Assembly (NCBI GenBank): GCA_032718475.1
Contig: JAUCBJ010008158.1
Coordinates: forward strand, 1-59,495
Direction of reading: 5' to 3'
Source: Nemertoderma westbladi
Lineage: Eukaryota; Animalia; Xenacoelomorpha
Length of the DNA: 59,495 nt
A program made the position numbers and the translations under genes. Under the pieces are notes generated by a model. It searched no databases. It saw only the letters and a program-made list of their open reading frames with translations, and was not told the origin of the DNA. Of this stretch, positions 27,013 to 37,000 are shown one piece after another; the stretch's first letter is position 1; each line of letters opens with the position of its first letter.

Positions 27013-28172
27013 TGTAAAAGCTTTTGCGTCATTAACCGGTTATTTTCCCTTAAAGTACTCTGTAGTTGGTTTACCAGGCATAAAAAGGCCGTGTCCTTGC
27101 TGTACTGGTGTTTTAGAGGACATAAACGTCATTTCTTCTGTATTTGTACTTTAGAGGACATAATCCGCAATCTCGTGACGCGATAAGCTAGATACTCTTG
27201 AAAACAGTGTCGCTACCATGACGACGGCTAGCAGCTGATATTGCCACGTCGACATTTCTTTGTTTCTTTGTTCTCTCGTTGTTCGGTTGACCAATCAGAG
27301 CGTTTTTTGTCTCTGTGTTGGAGGTGTATACAGAACTCAGTAGTTCAGTGTTATGTTTTTGCCCAGAGCCTAAGAACACCGGCTTTTGGCACCTCCGTGT
27401 TTCAGTCTTTAGTCTTACATTAGTAGGCTTAATTATAGAACGTATATCTGTTACCAAACGACTTACGACCTACTTACTTATCATACATATCTATGCAATT
27501 CATATCTTACATTACTGCTTTTGCTGTTGGTTATTCGTTATATTTGTTGATGAATTATTATATCGGAATACTGATCAATAGTCAGACACCCCACCTTCTT
27601 GATATACTAAAGGTTAGAGAGACCGGTTACAGATAAATGATTGCGACCTATGTTGAGTGGTTTGAAGTGAATCTAATGCTATTTCATATGCCCAACATAA
27701 ATTGTCTGTTGCTCTCTTTATACGTGACCAAATTTAGTGAAGGTCGGCAGATTAGTGTGCAGTATTGTGCAGCATTGTGTATGATTGTAACTGATAACAA
27801 AGCATCTCCTAAAGAATGCGCCATATACGTAAATCTATAGCCTTTTCGTTGTGTCTAGTTTAAGTCATAACTCTGTTTACATATTTAGAGCGCCACGTCC
27901 TAAAGGAACTGTTAATATTTCCCGAAAGTAAATAATATTTGTCAGAGATTATATATTACGATCAGTCAAATAATACAGTAGGCTTACACCATCAATCATT
28001 AAGCTCCGAACTCAGTCTCCCGGGTATATCCAACGGGTGAATGATTGCGCATAGACTGGCTTCGGCTAATGTAGTGTATCAAATACTCGTCATAGGCTAA
28101 AGACTATCTATCATCCAAAAGACATTCTAATTTTGGCAGGTTAAACTGTCAAAGGTCTTAAAAGCGCAAACA
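27013..28172 (+). repeat. 5' LTR (1160 bp)
   Basis: TGTAAAAGC...AAAGCGCAAACA; direct repeat of 43003-44171. Confidence 0.95.
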
Positions 28173-28183
28173 ATAACAGATAT
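28173..28183 (+). promoter_or_regulatory. Putative self-priming primer-binding site (ATAACAGATAT)
   Basis: Immediately follows the LTR-terminal CA; does not start with TGG; reverse complement occurs in the LTR (43437-43447 11/11; 27444-27453 10/11). Confidence 0.7.
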
Positions 28184-28521
28184 TTGGTTCTGATTGCGGT
28201 GTAGGCAATAAATACAGTTTAATATTGTTTTGGTAAAAACAATAACAGATATTGCTTCTGGATTGCGGTGTAAGCAATCTAGTCGAAAGTACCGGTCGAC
28301 CGGTAACCAGTAGGCCTGACTGCCTGATCATCCGGACCGGTACCTACAACAGTACAGGTACAGCAGTATTATTCGATTTGATTATTATATGCCGGTAGGT
28401 CTTAATAATTAATCGGGGACGCCTGGTTTTTATTGGGATTTTACTTAGGCCTATTTCTGTCAGTTTTATTTATTTGTAGGCCAGTATTGAGCAGAAGGCG
28501 TGTAAGCCTGCTCAGATTGTA

Positions 28522-29097
28522 CAGATAATTTGTAGGCTTGACTGTTGGCTGACTGTTGATTAGGTCTGAACGGATTGCAGTGCATGTAAAGCATCTGTCC
28601 GATAAAGAACGGTTAGGAAGTAGGGGCAGCCAAAGCTGTAAGGTAAACCCCCATCTAAAGAATAAGTCGTACTACTGGGTTAGAACGCATACTACTTAAC
28701 CATTTCGGAGTCTGCATGTCCTGTGGTTTATTTAGGCTTGATAGTAGTCTGCCATCGTTTGGTCTGTACTTTGTTTGTGTAGTCTGTACGGGTAGCGTAT
28801 AATTTTATTTAGATAATTTGTAGGCTGGATAGTTGTCTGGCTGTTGTTGGGTTTGAGGAAATTTCGGTGTGTGCAAAGCATCTGTCCGATAAAGAACGGT
28901 TAGGAAGTAGGGGCAGCCATAGCTGTAAGGTAAACCCCCATCTAAAGAATAAGTCGTACTACTGGGTTAGAACGCATACTACTTAACCATTTCGGAGTCT
29001 GCATATACCGTAGTTTGTTTAGGCTTGATAGTAGTCTGTCAGTATTTGGTCTGCATTTTGTTTGAATGGTTTGTATGCGTAGCGTAATATTTATTAT
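28522..29097 (+). repeat. Tandem duplication (~289-bp period) in the retrotransposon leader, with a conserved structured core
   Basis: AGATAATTTGTAGGC at ~28522 and 28811; near-identical ~130-nt cores at ~28588-28717 and ~28876-29004. Confidence 0.85.
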
Positions 29098-30428
29098 TCA
29101 GAGTTTATGCGATTATTCGCAACATTCATATCCCCAAGTTTATTCCTACAGTAATTGTGTTTGTTATACATACCATTATAGTTAAACTAACCCCGGTACT
29201 ACATCAGGGTTGCTCGGCGTAGGTAAAGACTGGAGATTTTGTGCTTTGGTCACTCCGGCAGATACCGTGGTTCTTTTAGCTGTTCAAGTATTTTTAACTA
29301 CTAATTATTTGTTATACAAGTACTTGTACCTAATTTAGGGTTTAGTGTACAGTGCTTTCCGAAAGCAATTAGTGTGTAGGCAGTGTATTTGTGTTGTAAA
29401 GTGGTTAATAGGCACGTTGGTTCTGGTAGACCGCGGTAATTAACTTCTAGGTAGGGACACTCCGTGATACATAACGTAGTACCTATAGCGATACGGTTAT
29501 AGGTCGTCAGGCGGTGGTATTTTCCTATCTGGACAACACAGTATATTTACTACTACTTATTATTTTCAAATACCGTAGTAACCTGTCCGTTGTAATAACC
29601 AGATATTCTAACCCTTTGTTAGGCTGGTTAGTAGACTTCTTGTAAAATTACCCTAAAAATTTGTATTTGTGTATTTGTAATTAAGTTTTTGTGTTTATTT
29701 AGAGATTGTAATCTCAACCCGAATTGTACGTAATTTGTAGTATTAAGTAACTTAGTTAAATTAGAATTATTTGTTTTAGTGTCTAACAAGTAGCACTCCA
29801 CTGAGAGCGCACAGCTTATGTGTAGTGACTCCCCCAGAAATAATAACATTTATTTCAACATTGACAAAACCCATTAAAAGGGTATATATATATTATAAAT
29901 CAACTCAAACGATTTATAAATAGTAGGCCTGCCATACAACAATTAGGTCTCAATATCAGTTGGACTACTGCTTAAATAACGGTAATAAAGTAAGTTAAAG
30001 TAACCAAGTAACCATTAAAATTCAGAAATTCAATTATTTAAAATAATTGATATACCGGTATTTACAATAGGCTTATTATATTTATTTCTATAAATTTTAG
30101 GTTGAAATCATACCGGTATTCTGTAATTAATTCTAGTCTATAATTATACTTATATATACTATAAGTGTAAACTGCATACCGGTATCCACGATAGGCCTAT
30201 TATATATTTATATATATTTGTGCTAAAATTATATACCGGTTTCTGTGAAAAACCTAGTCTGTAATAATACTTATATATACCATAAGTATACCGGTATTCT
30301 AATATTATATATCACGCTACACTGAGTAGCAGTATCGGTAATTAATTACTAGGCTAGCAGTTAACACTGAATTCCTAGACTTGCTTAGACTGTAATATAG
30401 CAGTAGACATTCAACTGTGTAAACAAAC

Positions 30429-33400
30429 ATGTCTGATACTAAGCAGAACCTGTCAGACAGTTTATTAGATGTAACTATCTGCGACTCAGATAAGGGTGTA
30501 GAACCGTCTAGTCCTAAGTTCAGTTCACCTCCCACTGTGAGGAAGGTCATCCCTCCAGTAGTAATAACAGAACCGAGGCTGGTCCAACATCGTAGGTCTA
30601 TCATAGGCACTCGAGCTCAGGTCAAGCGGGACCAAGAAGCAGCGGAACAGCAACAACCCGCGAGCCAAGAACTTATTTCTCAGCGGCCCAACAGCTCCAG
30701 TAGTGAGGATACTGTAGAGCTGACACCCGAGCGCGGAGCAAGGATGACGGATGCGGTTTATTCGGATCCCCTTCTCATCCTTCCTGCAGCCGTACTCACC
30801 AGGTTATTGATCGCTGAGGAAGAACACCAGATCGATTGGGCGAGAAGTAAGCGATCAACTAAAGATAGTTATGAGGGATACACAAGGGAAGAACTGAAGT
30901 CTATGGTCGAGTCGCAATGGAACTTCCCCGGACCCGGACTCCCGTTTTATTTATCAGAAGCTGCCTGGGAAGACATACACCGGATGGGAGTAGTCAAGGA
31001 AACCATCGATCCAGCTGTGTGGAAGAGGTCCGCAGCCGGATATGCACAGGGATTCTTCAGCTCTATGGAGCGAGTAGAAAAACAACTGTTTCAACAACCT
31101 CAAGGACCTCAAGAGCAGGGACAACTGCTTTATCAAGTTAGAGAAAGAATTCTGCGAATCAGGCTAATATTATCAGCCTTTGAAGAGGCTTCTAAAAGAA
31201 GACAAGACACGTCGTTGCAAGTTGCCGTAAAGACTTGGTTTCAACGGGTGAGTCGCCAGGTTCAAGGAACAGTTCAGTGGAAAGCTCAGCTGGAGGAGCG
31301 CTCAACCCATGGAGAATCAACAGACGCTACTTTTTCCCAAGTGGAAAGTGAAGCGACGGCAGAGAAACCGCATAAGAGGGATGCCATTGACATCTATCTG
31401 TCAGACTATCAACGTTTTTTGGGAGATGAAGAGTTGAGGAGAAGGCTAGATGGACTTAGCCCTAATAGTGAAGGAGCACAGCGTGTGCTTGACGCCATCA
31501 ACGTGGATAGGTTAGCGGCTAACCAAGCTAAATTCGATGAACAACTCCGCATCGCTAAGGTTCAAGAAGAACAAATAAAGAAAAAACGTATAGAAGACAG
31601 AAAGATAGCAGCAGTGGCAGAGGCAGAAAGAAAAGTGACCTTGGCAGAGGCAAAAGCGGCAGCGGCAGAAGCAAAAGCGGCAGCGGCAGAGGCAAAAGCG
31701 GCAGCGGTGGCGGAAGCAGAACGGAGAGCGGCTGAAGAGATCGCCCAACTAGAGTTGGAAAATCTTCAAGAGAAGCAAGACGACTTCAGTAAACAGTTAA
31801 CAGCTAGTAATATGCAGATGATGAATCGATCTACTCCCAAAAGACAGGGTTATACATCATCTGAGGAAGGCGATACCACTGATCCTGAAGGAGGAGGAAA
31901 ACGATCTCGCCTAAGCAGACGTAAAAGAACATCCCACCGTCAGAAATTGCCTGATTTGCCTCCAGCTGTTAGAAGGCAACTAAATAACACCAACTTAGGT
32001 AGTACAGAACCCACAGACCATATAATTACAATAGAGAGACTCCCTACTATAGCAGATGAGCCTGAAATAATTAGGCCTGTTCCCGAAGCCACCCTTTCGG
32101 TGGTAGAGACACCTGTACACCTGACACACCTGTTACCTGTGCCCAGAGGAACAGCCCTTGAAACCGTGTCGGTCCTGGACTCCGAGCGAAATATAAAGGA
32201 TATATCGCCCGTAGTCCCTCGTCTGCCCGCTACTACGTTGGCGGATCCCGCTTCGGCGGTTGATTGGGTGGACGAGAGACGGCGGGGGATGGACATTCTC
32301 CTCGGAAAGATGGAGGAGAATCAAATGCGCTCCTCCCAACAGGTCCGAGAGTTAGAAGGAACTGTTCAACAGTTAAAGGGAACCGTAAAGGAAAGTAGGT
32401 TAGAGTTGCAAGAAGTGCAGCAAAATATCGCGCTAGAACGTGATAAATTAGTAAATTTACAAAGGGGTATACCACCACCCCCTGTAACAATGTGTCAACC
32501 TGTTAGGTCTGAAGTATCTCATGCGCAAGGTGTGGAGCCTACACGCATCTATACTGCTAGCGAAGTAGAAACTCCTATAGTGAACCCTATTAAGGGTAAT
32601 TATAGACCTGTTGATAATGATATTCCCTATAGACCGGATCATAATCCGAGAAATTTATATACCGATAACTCGATATTAAATAACACGATGGCCCAAGAAA
32701 GTTTTACGCGTCAAATGGCTAGAACCGAAGCCCAGCAAGCAGTAAAGGTGGGAGAGATCGTCAAGTTCAATGGAGATGAGATGAAATGGTTACCTTTTAA
32801 TGAATATTACAAAGATAACATACAGAACTCTGTGCTATCTAATGGAGAGAAACTTAGATTCCTCATCGAGTGCTTGGAAGGATCTCCCAAGTTAATGGCG
32901 TTAAAGTTTATTGGACATCCTGACGGATTAAGACAAGTTTGGGATACAATAAACATCAGGTATGGTAATAGGAATAACATAGCTGGGTATTTGTATGCAA
33001 AGTTGGTAGTGCCCCGAAAGTTTATTAGCAGCGGAATTATAGAGTTTTCCGATGAGATTCAGGAGATCTGCAGACAATTAGATTGGCTAGGTAAGTCTCA
33101 TGAGTATCAGAATACTATGGTTATTAGAGCAGTGGCTTCTACTTTACCGAAGGGTGGAGTAGGTACACGCTGGGATAAGAAAGTGTTATATATGATGGAA
33201 CAACAACGACGAGACCCTACCATGGCTGATCTCATGTCATTCCTAGATGGAGAAGTGAAATTACAGCTCCTGAAACTGTCCAGAGAGAAGACACCGGAAA
33301 ACAAGGTAAGTGAAAAACCCGTCTCTAGGAGAAAGGTAACACCAGTGTGTTATACAGACGACGGCGAAAGCCAGACTTCTCAAGGAGAAGATAGCGGGAA

Positions 33401-34016
33401 AGACACTGATAGATCTTATTACGTAAATAAAATGCCTAAAGATCACGTAAGTAAATTCAAGTCTCGAACAAATGACAGGAGAGAACAGGTAAGAAAAACT
33501 CCTCCTACGTCTCCCAAGAGAATTCAGGTGAGAAAGCCCGAAGAAAAAGCAAGTGTACACAATGTTACTCAGAGTAAGGTAAGTAACATCAAACCGAAAT
33601 GTGCGCTATGTGATGGGACCCATCGCTTAAATATGTGTGATGAATTTCTAAAGAAATCATTAACTGAGAGACGTGAAGTCATGTGGGACAAGCGGTTGTG
33701 CTATAATTGCCTCAGACAAGGACACCAACGGAGAACCTGTTACTCTGACACAAGATGTGCCAAGTGCGGTGCGAAACATCATATCTTGTTGCACACTGAA
33801 TTCGAGCGAAATAGTCCGAGTCAGGTAAGTGATTCAGAATTACATGTCCAATTCAGTGATGTGAACGACACTGATCAATCTGAGATGGAAGGATTCTATA
33901 CGGACGAGTTCTCCGACGAAAACGAATCCTGTTACATGATAAATACCACAGTGTATCGAGCACTCATTTATGAAAAAGATACAGACATTGACCTCGCTCT
34001 AACTACTTCTGATTGA
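30429..34016 (+). CDS. gag: BEL/Pao Gag (1195 aa)
   Basis: Long N-terminal coiled-coil region with AEAKAAA repeats; DUF1759-like KFNGDEMKW...EKLRFLIECLEG; knuckles CALCDGTHRLNMC, CYNCLRQGHQRRTC, CAKCGAKHHILLH. Confidence 0.95.
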   Translation: MSDTKQNLSDSLLDVTICDSDKGVEPSSPKFSSPPTVRKVIPPVVITEPRLVQHRRSIIGTRAQVKRDQEAAEQQQPASQELISQRPNSSSSEDTVELTPERGARMTDAVYSDPLLILPAAVLTRLLIAEEEHQIDWARSKRSTKDSYEGYTREELKSMVESQWNFPGPGLPFYLSEAAWEDIHRMGVVKETIDPAVWKRSAAGYAQGFFSSMERVEKQLFQQPQGPQEQGQLLYQVRERILRIRLILSAFEEASKRRQDTSLQVAVKTWFQRVSRQVQGTVQWKAQLEERSTHGESTDATFSQVESEATAEKPHKRDAIDIYLSDYQRFLGDEELRRRLDGLSPNSEGAQRVLDAINVDRLAANQAKFDEQLRIAKVQEEQIKKKRIEDRKIAAVAEAERKVTLAEAKAAAAEAKAAAAEAKAAAVAEAERRAAEEIAQLELENLQEKQDDFSKQLTASNMQMMNRSTPKRQGYTSSEEGDTTDPEGGGKRSRLSRRKRTSHRQKLPDLPPAVRRQLNNTNLGSTEPTDHIITIERLPTIADEPEIIRPVPEATLSVVETPVHLTHLLPVPRGTALETVSVLDSERNIKDISPVVPRLPATTLADPASAVDWVDERRRGMDILLGKMEENQMRSSQQVRELEGTVQQLKGTVKESRLELQEVQQNIALERDKLVNLQRGIPPPPVTMCQPVRSEVSHAQGVEPTRIYTASEVETPIVNPIKGNYRPVDNDIPYRPDHNPRNLYTDNSILNNTMAQESFTRQMARTEAQQAVKVGEIVKFNGDEMKWLPFNEYYKDNIQNSVLSNGEKLRFLIECLEGSPKLMALKFIGHPDGLRQVWDTINIRYGNRNNIAGYLYAKLVVPRKFISSGIIEFSDEIQEICRQLDWLGKSHEYQNTMVIRAVASTLPKGGVGTRWDKKVLYMMEQQRRDPTMADLMSFLDGEVKLQLLKLSREKTPENKVSEKPVSRRKVTPVCYTDDGESQTSQGEDSGKDTDRSYYVNKMPKDHVSKFKSRTNDRREQVRKTPPTSPKRIQVRKPEEKASVHNVTQSKVSNIKPKCALCDGTHRLNMCDEFLKKSLTERREVMWDKRLCYNCLRQGHQRRTCYSDTRCAKCGAKHHILLHTEFERNSPSQVSDSELHVQFSDVNDTDQSEMEGFYTDEFSDENESCYMINTTVYRALIYEKDTDIDLALTTSD

Positions 34017-37000
34017 CAACCATCTTGGAAAGCGCCAACTTCCAATGTAGGGATTAGAGAATTTCCTGTGGTACAGGTAAGGGTCCACGGACCAAACAGG
34101 AGTTATGTAGTGAACGCCCTCCTTGACTCCGGTAGTACAGGAACATTCATCGACAAAGAGCTAGCCGAAGACATATTCGCTGGACAACCCAAGTTCCGAA
34201 CTAAGCTAAACATGTCAGGAATTATGCAAGTTTGGAAATCCACAGTAACCGCGGATTATTATGTAGGTGCGTTGTCCACCCCCCAGGACGAACTAGGAGA
34301 ACATAGTATAAGGTCAGTGAAAATGGTGGCTATAAAGAACTTCGCTACTACTCAAGCAGACCTTTATAATTGGGACGAGGATGAGAGCATCCAACATCTT
34401 AAGATACCTCGATTCCAGACTGATTATCCTGGAGTGCAAATACTTATCGGCCAAAACGCGCATGAGGCGCTTGAGACATTGGAGAAACGACCTGCTCAGC
34501 CGCAACCTCTACAAGTTTATGCGGGAAGAACTAGAGTAGGTTGGTACTTTACTGGCCCTTCCTGTAGAACTCTCATGGAAAGATTACCGAAAGATCAGGT
34601 ATATCAAGTGCGAGAATGGGAAGTTGAGAACAGTGAGTTCGACGATCCAACTGAGGGAACTCCATACTCCTCAGACAACGACGATATACATCAACTCTTC
34701 GATGAGGAGAATGCCATCGATCTCCTTGAAGAAAGCGAGACTTGGCAAAATCAAGTGAACTTATGTCAACTCCTTCTCCCATCCGAGCGAGACGACTATA
34801 ACGACGAGCTTAATGACGTCATTGAACGTTATAATGCCAAGACTCGGGATGAACACGCCGTGAGATTCTTTACTCAAGAGGTCGTAGAGCCCAACTCCTA
34901 CGATAAGGCCCTATCGGTGGAGGAAGAAAGAGCCAAGCAGATCCAAGCGACAACTACTCGTTTTCTTAAAGATCAAGGTAGATATGAGATCGGTCTTCCT
35001 TTCCGAAAGCGAGAACCAAAGTTCATTAACAACAGACCTTTGGCAGAGAAAAGAATTGCTCAACTACATCGACGCCTTACGGCCAATTCTTCAGCTAAAG
35101 AAATGTATCAAACACAGTTGAAGAAGTTTATTAGCAAGGGATATGCGGAGCTAGTACCGGAAGAAACACCTATAACTGAGAGAACGTATTACTTAACTCA
35201 CCATTACGTTCCCAAACCCGGTAAACCCCATGAAGTACGAGTGGTGTTTGACGGTTCCGCCCTTTATATGGGCCAATCTCTTAATTCTGAATTGTTACCC
35301 GGACCCAACTTACTCCAATCCTTGTTGGGAATATTATTAAGATTAAGACAATACTCCATTGCTTTCGCCTCAGATATAGAAGGCATGTTCTTACAAGTCA
35401 AAGCGCTGGATAGGGATCGAGATAGCCTACGATTTTTGTGGTGGCCTGAAGGAGACCTCAATAAGAAACCTGTGGAGTACTGGATGACCATCCAAGCTTT
35501 TGGGATAATCTCGAGCCCTTCAAACGCCTGTTCCGTGGTGCGCACCACTGCGGATGACAACCGAGACGCCTTCTCTAAAGAAGTGATCGACAATATCAAA
35601 CGAGACATCTACATGGACGATAATCTAAAGTCCCTTCCATCAGTCGAAGAAGCCATTGACGTCACTAAAGGAACGGTAGAGTGCTTAAAAAGAGGTGGAT
35701 TTCGATTAACTAAATTCACCAGCAACTCCCGTGAGTTTCTGGAGTCGATCCCGGTAGAAGATCAAGGAGCAAAAGACCTAGATCTAATAAAGGATGATCT
35801 CCCAGAAACTAAGACCCTTGGTTTGAAATGGGACACAGAAAGAGACATCCTGTTTTTCCAATTAAAACAGCGAGATAATCCAGTTCGGACTAAACGGATT
35901 TGTTTAAGTATCCTGAGCACTTATTTCGATCCATTGGGATTTATTAGCCCAGTTATATTGATTGCTCGGAGTTTAGTACAACAAATGTGGCTTGAAAACC
36001 ACTCATGGGACGATCCACTTAAGGGAGAATTATTAAAGAAGTGGATGAAATGGGAAGATTCTCTACCAGCCATCGAAAACTTCATAATTTCCCGTTCATA
36101 TTTTGGTCATGTTCTCCCTACGTATTCATATCAACTCCATGTGTTTGGAGACGCCAGCGATATGGGAATAGGTATAGTAGCCTACCTAAGGGTGGAAACT
36201 CCGGACGGAATTAAAGTCGCCTTGGTTACCTCTAAGGCATTAATAAACAACAAGTTGAAAGTTCCTCGAGCGGAGTTAAAAGCGGCTCTATACGCTACAG
36301 CCATCGGCCGGAATGTAACAGAACAGATCGACTATCCTCTGGAGAAAACTGTCTATTGGACCGACGCTTTACTCGTGTTGGAGTATATAACCAATGAAGT
36401 CTGTCAGTTCAGCGTCTTCGTTACCAACAGAGTAGCTATTATACTCAGTCGCACGACGATGGATCAATGGAGACATTGCCCCGGAACGATTAATCCAGCG
36501 GACATCGCTTCCCGGGGAGCAACCCCACAAGAACTGGTAGATACTCCAGACTGGTTAGGTGGACCCGACTTCCTCTACAAAGAAGAAGAAGAATGGCCTC
36601 CTCATCTTACTACAGCAGAAATTAGACAGGCCAAGGGAGCGGAGAAAGTCAAACCTAAAACTCAGGCGAGTAAATCGAAGTTATTCAAACCCACAGTAGA
36701 TCTGTCTGTACTACATACTTCTGGAGACGAAGCTTTGGATCAGAAACCCACAGCCACAAATAAACTCGTTGTGGAAATCCGTGATAAGGATTGGAAATCT
36801 GGTATACCTGACATCTCGCAAGGACTCTCACCTCTTCTGCAGAGAGCGATACATCACTACAGTTCTTGGAATCGGCTTTGTAAGGCCGTTACATATTTAA
36901 AGAGATGTTTTCACCATCACTACTCTGGGATGAAAACAAAGGGTGATACCGCTCCAATCACATCAGTGCAGGTCCATGTTATTAAAGACATTCCCAAATA

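Noticed and set aside
28185-28200. TGGTTCTG as a tRNA PBS
   Set aside because: Lies 12 nt from the LTR end and is not conserved in the sister copy or in the adjacent duplicate.
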